Positions 11,802 through 20,494 of a stretch of 64,000 nucleotides of DNA are shown piece after piece. The notes under the pieces were generated by a model. That model was given only the letters and a program-made list of their open reading frames with translations. It made no database searches and was not told the origin of the DNA. Origin of the DNA: a virus; the IMG/VR virus record IMGVR_UViG_3300032294_001228, positions 32,001 to 96,000 of that record; one strand, 5' to 3'. How positions within the stretch are numbered: the first letter of the stretch is position 1; the number at the start of each line of letters is the position of its first letter. A program made the position numbers and the translations under genes.

Positions 11802-12235
11802 AAACCAAACTATATTTTGCTTATGGTATGAACACTAACCGTGATGAAATGGCCTACCGTTGCCCAACCGCAGTTCCCATGGGTAAGGCCATATTGCCGG
11901 GATATCGTTTTGAGTTTAAGAGTTTTGCCACTATCGTTCCAGACACAGACAGCAGTGTAGAAGGAGTGCTTTGGACCATCACTGATCGTGATGAGCAGGC
12001 TCTAGACGTATTGGAAGGCTATCCAGAATTTTATGACAAACGACATGTCACAATCCAACAAGGTATTGACTATATCGCCATGACCTATATCATGAATCCA
12101 AGAGAAAAGGGATTTGGTCCAAGTGATGGCTATTATAGCATGGTATCAGAAGGATATCAACAATTTGGATTGAGCCAACAGCAGTTATTAGAAGCACGAT
12201 CACGTTCAAACAAGGAGATTTGGATCTATGAATAA
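11798..12235 (+). CDS. Gamma-glutamylcyclotransferase (AIG2-like)
   Basis: YFAYGMN...VEGVLW...LDVLEGYP. Confidence 0.85.
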   Translation: MKTKLYFAYGMNTNRDEMAYRCPTAVPMGKAILPGYRFEFKSFATIVPDTDSSVEGVLWTITDRDEQALDVLEGYPEFYDKRHVTIQQGIDYIAMTYIMNPREKGFGPSDGYYSMVSEGYQQFGLSQQQLLEARSRSNKEIWIYE

Positions 12236-12443
12236 GTTGATATTAATTTTAGCATTGATCACAGTTGGATGCGCCAATAACCAAATCGTCGAACAGTCCA
12301 GAAGAGAAGCCGCCTATCGTAGGATATTAGACGACACTCAATATACTACAGTACCAACAGCTGGTCCTGGACCATTGGAAATGCCACAAGAGTGGATGGA
12401 CCAATGGCGAGATAAACCAATTGACAAAAACCAAAATAGATAG
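12228..12443 (+). CDS. Small lipoprotein
   Basis: Signal peptide with lipobox ITVGC. Confidence 0.6.
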   Translation: MNKLILILALITVGCANNQIVEQSRREAAYRRILDDTQYTTVPTAGPGPLEMPQEWMDQWRDKPIDKNQNR

Positions 12444-12449
12444 TATAAT
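12421..12449 (+). promoter_or_regulatory. Sigma70-type promoter
   Basis: TTGACA-17 nt-TATAAT. Confidence 0.9.
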
Positions 12450-12496
12450 GTTTTTAACGTGATAAATTCATCACATAACTTGAAAGGAGTTCATTC

Positions 12497-13201
12497 GTGA
12501 ACATTAAGAAAATCAGCCTTGCAGTTGCTGGTGCGCTATTAGTAGTTGGTTGTGCTGGTAATAACGGCATTGTAAAAAACGCAGATCTTAAACCTGATAC
12601 TGACAGTATCCGTCCGAAACCAGTGAGCACTGTGTTCCACAGACCTCAAGGCACTATGACTATTACTTTTGATAGTAAAGGTGAGTTCTTGGAAATCACT
12701 TCAAAAGGCACTGCTCCTATCGCAGGTAACAATGCTTTCTCAATTGAACAAGCGGCACAGGTTGCCCAACTACGTGCTAAACGTAATATTGCTGAATTTA
12801 TTTCAACACAATTACAAACCACACGTTCAGTTAAAGTGTTATCTACAGCAGTTCAGAAGAGTTTGGAAAATACTACCAACGGTATGAGTGAAGAAGTTAA
12901 GATTGATGACAAAGACTTTGATGCCAACGGTAATCCAGTGATCATTAACGCTTACAATGATGGTAGCAAAGATACAGCACCTGCTCCAGTGGTTGAAGGT
13001 AATCCAAATACCAACAGTGAAAAGATTGCTGAGATCGTCCGTGAGAACATCACAACATCAAGTTCTGCATTAATTCGTGGTGCTGTGATCACTGATGAGA
13101 AGATCGACCAGGCTGGTAGAACTATCGTCGTAGAGATCAAGACTGGTACTAACACGGTTAAAGCCGCAAACGAACTTCGTAAACTAATGGGATCTAACTA
13201 A
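12497..13201 (+). CDS. Lipoprotein (LPP20-like)
   Basis: Lipobox VVGC; A..VAQLRAKRNIAEFI helix typical of LPP20-like proteins. Confidence 0.6.
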   Translation: MNIKKISLAVAGALLVVGCAGNNGIVKNADLKPDTDSIRPKPVSTVFHRPQGTMTITFDSKGEFLEITSKGTAPIAGNNAFSIEQAAQVAQLRAKRNIAEFISTQLQTTRSVKVLSTAVQKSLENTTNGMSEEVKIDDKDFDANGNPVIINAYNDGSKDTAPAPVVEGNPNTNSEKIAEIVRENITTSSSALIRGAVITDEKIDQAGRTIVVEIKTGTNTVKAANELRKLMGSN

Positions 13202-13202
13202 G

Positions 13203-13331
13203 ATGAAAACATTCATTGGTGGATTCATCGTAGGTGTCATTGTAGCCACAGTGGGATTTGGCGGTGTTGCCCGTATATTAGATCGCGGTGTAGAAACAGT
13301 TAAGTCACACAGCCAAGAACTAGCACAGTAA
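13203..13331 (+). CDS. Small membrane protein, 42 aa (not in ORF track)
   Basis: MKTFIGGFIVGVIVATVGFGGVARILDRGVETVKSHSQELAQ; fills the gap between adjacent genes exactly. Confidence 0.65.
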   Translation: MKTFIGGFIVGVIVATVGFGGVARILDRGVETVKSHSQELAQ

Positions 13332-13332
13332 T

Positions 13333-14403
13333 ATGCGTATATTATTACTGGGGCTAGTTCTCTGGTCCACTACAGTTCTTGCCGCTTCTCGAGTAGAAGT
13401 TGAAGGGCATGGGCGCAACTTAGAAGAAGCCAAACAAAATGGTTTTAGAACTGCTATAGAATTCGTAGTTGGGCAAGTTGTCATAGGGGACACTGAAGTA
13501 AACGGTGATCGTATTACCAAAGACTTTGTTGGGAGTTATTCGGCAGGCTACATAGAAGACTATGAAATCCGAGATACACATTATGTTGGTGGAGAAGTTG
13601 TGGTGTTTATGGCTGTTAAAGTTGCTGACAGTAAAATAGCACAGCGTATGCTGACCATTGGTGATTATAGGACTGTGATCCAAGGTCAGAAATTGCAGGA
13701 TAGGCTTAACAGTATGTTAGATCAACGCAGTCGCGGTGACCATGTATTAACTGAAGTTTTAGGCAGTTATCCCCGTAATGCTTATATTCTTACCACAAAC
13801 GAATTTAAATTAATCATCGGTATTCGCAGACAAGTTTATATCGATATTCCTTACGAAATACGTTGGAGTAGACTTTGGTTAGAATCTCTTGCAGAAACAC
13901 TAGACCTGGTGGCTTTAGAATCAAGACGTTGTAGTAATTTTCCGTCAAAGGAACTTGAAAATTTTAGTTTATCTTTGAGTATAATCAAGTTTCTTCAGGA
14001 AAAATCTTGTGGGTTTGAGTCAGATATAACCGTGATATATAAACCTGCTGATTCCTGGATGCTGAAAAAATACAATTATTATTTCCCCGATTTGGCTACA
14101 TTGGACTTAGTAAACAATGAAATGCGTAATCCTGTGGGTAGACAACACGTAGGATTAGTAGTAGACTTAAAAGATGCAGGCGGAAATTACATAACCTCTA
14201 GATGCTTTACAATTAATACTGAACCGTTAATTGAGTATACTGAATCCAAAGCTGAAGTTGATAGTATACATGGGCGTAACCCTAGACCAAGAGTACAAGG
14301 ACATATAGCAGTTGCAGGTACACTGCGTATCGAAGGCTTAACCTCAGAAGATTTAGGCAATCTTGCTAGGGGAGATACACACATTGAGAAAAGTTGTATA
14401 TGA
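13333..14403 (+). CDS. Secreted/periplasmic protein
   Basis: Sec signal peptide; VEVEGHG...EEAKQNGFRTAIE N-domain. Confidence 0.6.
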   Translation: MRILLLGLVLWSTTVLAASRVEVEGHGRNLEEAKQNGFRTAIEFVVGQVVIGDTEVNGDRITKDFVGSYSAGYIEDYEIRDTHYVGGEVVVFMAVKVADSKIAQRMLTIGDYRTVIQGQKLQDRLNSMLDQRSRGDHVLTEVLGSYPRNAYILTTNEFKLIIGIRRQVYIDIPYEIRWSRLWLESLAETLDLVALESRRCSNFPSKELENFSLSLSIIKFLQEKSCGFESDITVIYKPADSWMLKKYNYYFPDLATLDLVNNEMRNPVGRQHVGLVVDLKDAGGNYITSRCFTINTEPLIEYTESKAEVDSIHGRNPRPRVQGHIAVAGTLRIEGLTSEDLGNLARGDTHIEKSCI

Positions 14404-14439
14404 GCAGTATAATGTTAAATTTTTTGAAAGGAATCAAAC

Positions 14440-15468
14440 ATGGCAACTAAAAAACCTACTAAGAAAGAACTAGAAGCACAGAAACTAGCCGAACAAGAAA
14501 AGCTGATAGCTACACTTAAATTCACTCCACGCAGTTATAACGTCAGCATGTGGGGCTATGGTGGTGAAGTGGTCATGGGCACAATTAGCCGTGAGATCTA
14601 CAATTATTTTAAAGAGAATCGCCTAAGTGTCAGTGACTTTGCCTGGGACAGTGAATACGCTGAAAAGAAAAACATTCCGGAAGAAATGTGGCCATGTACA
14701 CCAGGGTCATGGTACGACTGTGATGATATATGTCATACCAATGGCGTCAGCAGGAGTGCTGGACATATCCAAGTAGATGACGAGAATGGTAATGAGATCT
14801 TAAATCGTGAACTTGACACTATTGATGGTACGGATATACAGCTATCAATCAATGATGAATACTGGCCAGGATCAATTGGCGACGGTGTAGTATTCGTTGG
14901 ACGCAGTAATGAAAAAGGCACGTTCTTTGAAGCTGAATTGCCTTTGACAGCACCATTTGATCAAGAGAAACTGACTCTGGTATATGATGATGTTGAAAAT
15001 GAAGATATCGTCTATACTGTCAGCTACGATGGTGAAGACCTCGACAACAATGGTGCTAACACCGACGGTAAGAGCAGTGACTTCTATTTCTATCTAGTCG
15101 AAGACGGTGAGATAGTAGAAAACTATTCAGAGCCCGAGAGCACTTATATCACTTACTGGGCAGAAGACTACGAGCAGACCAAAACATTTAAATTTAACAA
15201 AAAGAATCGCCCGCCCGTGCCAGGTGAGTATAAATGCAGTTGGAGCCCAGGTTGGGGCACTAGTTATGGCACCTTGGAGTGGACTGGTGATAAGTGGTTA
15301 GAATATGAATATGAAATAGCCAAGGAAGTCACAGGTGTCACAGAGTGGGCAGGATTAAATTGGGATACCAGCGATATGAAAAATAAACCTAAACGTAAAC
15401 CAAGAACACCTAAAACTGGAGTATATCCGTATCCAAGCCAAGCAGTATTAAAAGCCCAGGAGGCATAA
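14440..15468 (+). CDS. Hypothetical acidic protein
   Basis: 342-aa ORF, AAGGA RBS, weak sigma70 promoter at 14384-14413. Confidence 0.7.
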   Translation: MATKKPTKKELEAQKLAEQEKLIATLKFTPRSYNVSMWGYGGEVVMGTISREIYNYFKENRLSVSDFAWDSEYAEKKNIPEEMWPCTPGSWYDCDDICHTNGVSRSAGHIQVDDENGNEILNRELDTIDGTDIQLSINDEYWPGSIGDGVVFVGRSNEKGTFFEAELPLTAPFDQEKLTLVYDDVENEDIVYTVSYDGEDLDNNGANTDGKSSDFYFYLVEDGEIVENYSEPESTYITYWAEDYEQTKTFKFNKKNRPPVPGEYKCSWSPGWGTSYGTLEWTGDKWLEYEYEIAKEVTGVTEWAGLNWDTSDMKNKPKRKPRTPKTGVYPYPSQAVLKAQEA

Positions 15469-15815
15469 TGGGAGTAGCGTATCCAGGATATCGTTCAACA
15501 CCTAATACAGGTAATATCACTATCGGTGGGGCCGGTGCCAGCAGTCCTAACTATGCCAGCACATTATCTATCAATGCAGGTGCAGGCACAGGTTCTACGT
15601 GGGCTAGTACTACAGCCCAAGGTCAGCTTAAAGTTGAAGGCAAAGATGCTGACATCTTTATCAACGGACAAAGTCTCAGCGACTGGATGTCAGCTGTTGA
15701 TCGTCGCTTAACTATCCTACGACCAACTCCAGAACTCTTAGAAAAATATTCAGCATTACAAGAAGCCTACGATCACTACAAAACACTAGAAAGCCTACTA
15801 TATGAGCAAGAGTAA
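15468..15815 (+). CDS. Hypothetical protein
   Basis: TAATG coupling, GGAGG RBS. Confidence 0.65.
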   Translation: MGVAYPGYRSTPNTGNITIGGAGASSPNYASTLSINAGAGTGSTWASTTAQGQLKVEGKDADIFINGQSLSDWMSAVDRRLTILRPTPELLEKYSALQEAYDHYKTLESLLYEQE

Positions 15816-15990
15816 ACTAACCATTCGCGTCCAAGATATTGATAAGGTCACAACCATTGCGAAATGGTGTAAGGACAATTTGGACCCGCATGAATGGGAT
15901 ATGACCCCCATACACCTGTTCAAACCAGACTATCGTTTCCATTTTGAGTGTGAAAAGACCCGTATCCAGGTTATCCTACAGCACCTATAA
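15802..15990 (+). CDS. Hypothetical protein
   Basis: Short ORF overlapping previous stop. Confidence 0.5.
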   Translation: MSKSKLTIRVQDIDKVTTIAKWCKDNLDPHEWDMTPIHLFKPDYRFHFECEKTRIQVILQHL

Positions 15991-15995
15991 AACAC

Positions 15996-16024
15996 TTGAC
16001 AATTTGGTAAAAAGGTGCTATAAT
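15996..16024 (+). promoter_or_regulatory. Sigma70-type promoter
   Basis: TTGACA-17 nt-TATAAT with extended -10 TG. Confidence 0.9.
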
Positions 16025-16059
16025 TATACTATATACTAAGAATAATAGGTGCAGATTAC

Positions 16060-16374
16060 GTGCAGTTTTTAACTAATATTTTGATCGCGTATGGTGTGAT
16101 ATCTATGATATTCACTACCATATTCCTTTTTGGTTTAGTGCGTAATATCCGCAAAGAAATTCAACTGATCGAAGATGTTGACCGTTTTAAGAAAACTGTC
16201 AAACTGGTCTACGTAGAACAGGTAGATGGTATGTATCGTATGCACGACAAGTTTACGCATCACTATATCTGTCAGGCCGCTACAGAAAAAGAATTATGGG
16301 AAACTGCTGATGCTATGTTTCCTAATGTCAAAGTAATGTCAACTTCAATCAATGCGGAGGTAACTAAACTATGA
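16060..16374 (+). CDS. Membrane-anchored hypothetical protein
   Basis: N-terminal TM helix. Confidence 0.6.
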   Translation: MQFLTNILIAYGVISMIFTTIFLFGLVRNIRKEIQLIEDVDRFKKTVKLVYVEQVDGMYRMHDKFTHHYICQAATEKELWETADAMFPNVKVMSTSINAEVTKL

Positions 16375-16778
16375 GCATGCACATGGAAGGTCCGTGGCTT
16401 AGTACCACAGGCAAGAAACGTGGTAAGAAAAAATTCCGTAATGCTGACGTTGCTAACAAAGCACGTAAGAATGCGGAGTCTTGGCAGGCTTTTTTAGATA
16501 AATGGGATATTAAACCTGATGACAAAGCTAATGGAAAAACTGTACGCAAAAGCACCTGGATGGGCCCAACTGTTAATTCACGTGTTGTGGTTGATCCTCG
16601 CCGCAGTACCCGCCATATTCCTAGCTTGGATACTGGGCGTGGTGTAGCTGTTAAAAAAGAAGTGCAACAATATACAGGCACTGCTATGTTAGGCATAGGA
16701 CAACTACACAAGTCTAACAGCATTCCTGTGTTCAGTAAAGAAGATGCTGTGGATATTTCAAAGATGAGGAGAGGATAA
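16371..16778 (+). CDS. Basic hypothetical phage protein
   Basis: YTG..MLGIGQLHKSN.IPVFS...AVDISKMRR C-terminus resembles a T4-like phage family. Confidence 0.65.
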   Translation: MSMHMEGPWLSTTGKKRGKKKFRNADVANKARKNAESWQAFLDKWDIKPDDKANGKTVRKSTWMGPTVNSRVVVDPRRSTRHIPSLDTGRGVAVKKEVQQYTGTAMLGIGQLHKSNSIPVFSKEDAVDISKMRRG

Positions 16779-17219
16779 TTGACAACCATAGCATGGGACG
16801 GTAAGACACTAGCATCTGATACTAGATGCAACAGTGGCAATATTAAACTAAAAATCTCAAAAATCCGCAAGCACAAAGGACACTTAGTTGCTTGGGCAGG
16901 CCCTTGCTCACATGGTGAAGAAATGTTTGCTTGGTGGAAGGCAGGTGCTAAAGCTGCAAACTTTCCCGATAGCCAATTGAATGATGACGACCGTGTGGAT
17001 TTTGTTGTAGTAACTCCCGAGCGCAAGGTATTCTTATGGCAAGGCGCGGCTTATCCGCAGGATATGAGTTTGAATAAGCAATATGCCATTGGTAGTGGTC
17101 GTGATTTCGCACTTGCGGCCATGTATTTAGGCAAGACAGCACCCGAAGCAGTGGAACTAGCTGGTCGTTTTGACACAGGCACAGACAGCGACGGAGTGGA
17201 GTTTATATGTTTAAAATAA
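16779..17219 (+). CDS. Ntn-hydrolase, HslV/proteasome-beta-like peptidase
   Basis: N-terminal MTTIA (catalytic Thr), ASD, AIGSG..FALAAM. Confidence 0.75.
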   Translation: MTTIAWDGKTLASDTRCNSGNIKLKISKIRKHKGHLVAWAGPCSHGEEMFAWWKAGAKAANFPDSQLNDDDRVDFVVVTPERKVFLWQGAAYPQDMSLNKQYAIGSGRDFALAAMYLGKTAPEAVELAGRFDTGTDSDGVEFICLK

Positions 17220-17464
17220 TCAAACGAATAAAGAAATTATTTAAAAAGAAAGAAAAATACAAACCTAGTAAATTGCTCAAGGATAGATCCTGGAGAGCTG
17301 AACGGATGTTCCCACCGTTTAGAGTCAAACAATTCAGGCCACCCTTCCCTGGTGGAACATTTGTATATCCCGATTCATGGTATAAAGAATGGAACAATAG
17401 GTTATTAGATGAGGGCTGGACTAAAAAAGAAGTTAAACAAGGTTGGAGATGGAAGGAACTATGA
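17207..17464 (+). CDS. Hypothetical basic protein
   Basis: In-operon ORF with GGAG RBS. Confidence 0.5.
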   Translation: MFKIIKRIKKLFKKKEKYKPSKLLKDRSWRAERMFPPFRVKQFRPPFPGGTFVYPDSWYKEWNNRLLDEGWTKKEVKQGWRWKEL

Positions 17465-17814
17465 TGGAATTCAAAGACATACCATGGCGAGATAAGATAT
17501 CAGAAGATGATCAGATCGCTGTGTTTCTAGACAAGTATCCTGTAACCAAAGGGCACGTGCTGGTAGTGCCAAAATACAATAACCTTACCGCCCTAGGTGA
17601 AGCATTCAAATATGCTATGAGCATTGGTCGCCACCAGGTAGCCATAGGCGAGTGGGACGGATTTAACATTGGCATGAACAATGGAGAAGCCGCAGGACAG
17701 ACAGTCATGTGGCCGCATATACATGTCATACCTAGACGCTACGGAGATGTAGAAGATCCCGTAGGCGGCGTTCGCAATACAATCCCAGGAAAAGGAAACT
17801 ATAAATTATGGTAA
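17461..17814 (+). CDS. HIT family hydrolase
   Basis: PVTKGHVLVVPK...AGQTVMWPHIHVIPRR (first His of triad replaced by Trp). Confidence 0.9.
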   Translation: MMEFKDIPWRDKISEDDQIAVFLDKYPVTKGHVLVVPKYNNLTALGEAFKYAMSIGRHQVAIGEWDGFNIGMNNGEAAGQTVMWPHIHVIPRRYGDVEDPVGGVRNTIPGKGNYKLW

Positions 17815-18080
17815 AATATGGAATCACGACAGTAGCATTTTTAATCTTGATAGTATCAACCTTGGTGTATGCAGAGAATCCTCCCAAGGAAGAACAATAC
17901 TATCGCACTATGGCCAAACAGCACTTTGATCTAGCGGCCATACAGTTTGACAACAAAGACGTGTTTGCGGCTTGTAGTAATCTGCGCATCAGCAAGAACT
18001 ATGCTCGTCATATCAATGATAATATCATCAATGATCATCTAACTCTACTGTTAGCTAAGATGTGTAGTGGAGACAGCTAA
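17808..18080 (+). CDS. Secreted hypothetical protein
   Basis: Signal peptide ending VYA. Confidence 0.55.
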   Translation: MVKYGITTVAFLILIVSTLVYAENPPKEEQYYRTMAKQHFDLAAIQFDNKDVFAACSNLRISKNYARHINDNIINDHLTLLLAKMCSGDS

Positions 18081-18424
18081 TGGGTGACAAAATTGAGCAC
18101 GAAATTTGGTTAGATTCCTATGCCAACGATCTAGCTAACATCACTATCGATACCAGTGACATCAACACACAAGAATGGGATGATTGGATCCAACAATATA
18201 CTGGTGAACTGGACCTTAATATCGGTAATTATTATGATAGTCGCTTAGGTGCCGATGATATCAATCTCACAGCCGGTGGTGAAGAAATGCTTAGGGTAGC
18301 CCAAGATGGATTTTATGTGCGTGGAGTCAAAGTAGAAGCTGATGCTAAAGAAGCACAAGCGGTATATAATGCTTTCAAACAATGGATGACCTACGCTATT
18401 TTAAACGGTGAGATCAATAATTAA
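18080..18424 (+). CDS. Hypothetical protein
   Basis: TAATG coupling. Confidence 0.6.
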   Translation: MGDKIEHEIWLDSYANDLANITIDTSDINTQEWDDWIQQYTGELDLNIGNYYDSRLGADDINLTAGGEEMLRVAQDGFYVRGVKVEADAKEAQAVYNAFKQWMTYAILNGEINN

Positions 18425-18453
18425 GTAAATACTATATTAAAGGAAAGGAAGAC

Positions 18454-18669
18454 TTGGCGAAAGAAGACGTTATTAAATTATCAGGAAAAGTAGAGGAAAT
18501 ACTAGGTAACAGTATGTTCCGTGTCAGGCTTGAGAACGATCATATGGTTACTGCTTATATAGGTGGTAAACTGCGTATGCACACTATCAAGATTATCCTA
18601 GGTGACGAAGTTGACGTTGAAATGACTCCATATGATCTTACCAAAGCTCGTATTGTTTATAGGAAATAA
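18454..18669 (+). CDS. infA: Translation initiation factor IF-1
   Basis: MAKEDVI...G.V.E.L....FRV.LEN.H...AYI.GK.R...[20 protein letters not shown]; TTG start. Confidence 0.95.
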   Translation: MAKEDVIKLSGKVEEILGNSMFRVRLENDHMVTAYIGGKLRMHTIKIILGDEVDVEMTPYDLTKARIVYRK

Positions 18670-18671
18670 CT

Positions 18672-18995
18672 ATGGTAACAATGAATCCAGGTGCAATAAA
18701 CAAAATCAAAGAACTACTTGCTGAAGAAAACAACCCAAATTTAAAACTGCGTATGTTTGTACAAGGTGGCGGATGTAGTGGTTTTCAGTATGGTTTTACC
18801 TTTGACGAAGAACAAAACGAAGATGATTTTGATTTTGAGTTTGATGGCGTACACCTGTTAGTTGACAGCATGAGCAGTCAGTATCTACAAGGTGCCGAAA
18901 TAGACTATACAGAATCATTACAAGGTAGCCAATTTAGTATTAAGAATCCCAACGCCCAAACAACCTGTGGATGCGGAAGTAGTTTCAGCGCATGA
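18672..18995 (+). CDS. erpA: Fe-S cluster insertion protein ErpA/IscA
   Basis: [11 protein letters not shown]...[14 protein letters not shown]. Confidence 0.92.
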   Translation: MVTMNPGAINKIKELLAEENNPNLKLRMFVQGGGCSGFQYGFTFDEEQNEDDFDFEFDGVHLLVDSMSSQYLQGAEIDYTESLQGSQFSIKNPNAQTTCGCGSSFSA

Positions 18996-19837
18996 GAATA
19001 GCCTTATGCTTCAGCGGACAGAACCGCACAGGTCATGCGACTGCCGATAATATCAAACGTTATGTAGGTGATCTATTACCTGATTGTGATGTGTTTGCAC
19101 ATTTCTGGGATAGCGAAACACGTGGCACTGGTTATGCTAATCGCGAAGGTGCTGTTAGCACTAATACTGAGTGGCACAGTCCTACCCTAAGCAGTCATGA
19201 TAAATTCGTAGAGTTTTATCGCCAATGGGCACCACGCACTATCATGATAGAACAGTATGATCTACAACCTAATCGCCCTAAGTGGGGTGGCCGTCGTTGG
19301 GATCCCGTAGAGCAGAAATGGCATGTTAGCATGTGGCGTAGTCTTTACGAAGCTAACAAACTTAAACAGGACTATGCACAGAAAAATCAGATAGTCTATG
19401 ACTACACTGTACGCTTACGCAGTGATCTTGTGTTTGATAGCACGAAGAGCCTAGCAGAAGATTTGAAATTGATACAACATAATCATATGATGTTATTTGG
19501 TGATCACTATGCTATTTGGCCTATACATGGTATGACTCGTATTGAAGATATTTTTTGGATTGGTCCCAGTCATTTGATGGATCAAGTTAGCACATATTAT
19601 GCCTGCTATACAAATACCGTGCCTAACATAGATGAACCTCAACAACCCGGGTATCAAGATTGGCAATGGCACAGTGCGGCATGGATAACACGGGGTTTAG
19701 GATACCAATTCTATCCACTACAAAACAATGCTATGCGCATCTACACTGAGCAAGACATAAAAACAGACATTGCCCCTTTAGATCCCGGATTTGGGCCCCC
19801 ACCACGCTACGGCGCATTTGAAAATAAAAACATCTAG
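18992..19837 (+). CDS. Hypothetical, glycosyltransferase-like
   Basis: [11 protein letters not shown]...YD..VRLRSDL pattern seen in phage sugar-modifying enzymes. Confidence 0.5.
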   Translation: MRIALCFSGQNRTGHATADNIKRYVGDLLPDCDVFAHFWDSETRGTGYANREGAVSTNTEWHSPTLSSHDKFVEFYRQWAPRTIMIEQYDLQPNRPKWGGRRWDPVEQKWHVSMWRSLYEANKLKQDYAQKNQIVYDYTVRLRSDLVFDSTKSLAEDLKLIQHNHMMLFGDHYAIWPIHGMTRIEDIFWIGPSHLMDQVSTYYACYTNTVPNIDEPQQPGYQDWQWHSAAWITRGLGYQFYPLQNNAMRIYTEQDIKTDIAPLDPGFGPPPRYGAFENKNI

Positions 19838-19858
19838 CCCGCCCAAAGCGGGTTTTTT
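19838..19858 (+). terminator. Intrinsic terminator
   Basis: CCCGC-ccaaa-GCGGG followed by T6. Confidence 0.85.
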
Positions 19859-19873
19859 ATTCTCTAAAGTTCG

Positions 19874-19880
19874 ATAAATA
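19874..19880 (+). promoter_or_regulatory. Late promoter motif ATAAATA
   Basis: Upstream of structural operon. Confidence 0.65.
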
Positions 19881-19904
19881 CTAGATATTAAAGGACTTCT
19901 AGGT

Positions 19905-20486
19905 ATGACAATTACCACTCAAAATTTTATAGCAGTAAATGTTGGATCAAGCCCTAATGATGGAACAGGTGATGATCTACGCACAGCCTTTCAAAAAGTC
20001 AATGCAAACTTTGGTTGGATCGGCAACACTGGATTTAGTGCCGCAAATATCGCTGCTGGCACAATAGAAGTATCTGGTACTGTTGAGGCATCGGTATTAA
20101 ACAGCACAGGTAATATAATTACTCCTACAGCAACCGTATTTGGTAATATAATCAGTGGCGGAGCACACGTTGAAACTGGTTATCGTCAGTTAAAACCCAC
20201 AGGAAATATTGCTGTAACAGCAAACGTCGGCACAAATCGATTACTGTTACATCCAACTGGAACTATAATAAGTTTTGGTGCAAACGTTACACTACCTAAC
20301 ACTCAAGCAGACGGCACCATCTTTAGTATATCATCTAATGTCACAATTAGCGAATTATCAGTACAACCAAATTGGAACAATGTTGTAACAGTTTCTCCGT
20401 TTGGAAACATATCTCCAGTTACTGCGGGTACTGTTGCACGATATATGTATATTGCAGCTGATTTTAGATGGTATAGAATAGCATAG
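19905..20486 (+). CDS. Baseplate/tail protein with T4 gp9/gp10-like N-terminus
   Basis: NVGSSPNDGTGDDLRTAFQKVNANF. Confidence 0.75.
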   Translation: MTITTQNFIAVNVGSSPNDGTGDDLRTAFQKVNANFGWIGNTGFSAANIAAGTIEVSGTVEASVLNSTGNIITPTATVFGNIISGGAHVETGYRQLKPTGNIAVTANVGTNRLLLHPTGTIISFGANVTLPNTQADGTIFSISSNVTISELSVQPNWNNVVTVSPFGNISPVTAGTVARYMYIAADFRWYRIA

Positions 20487-20494
20487 GAACATAA

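Noticed and set aside
16364-17026. 220-aa minus-strand ORF
   Set aside because: Spans two convincing plus-strand genes that share a frame; no motifs.
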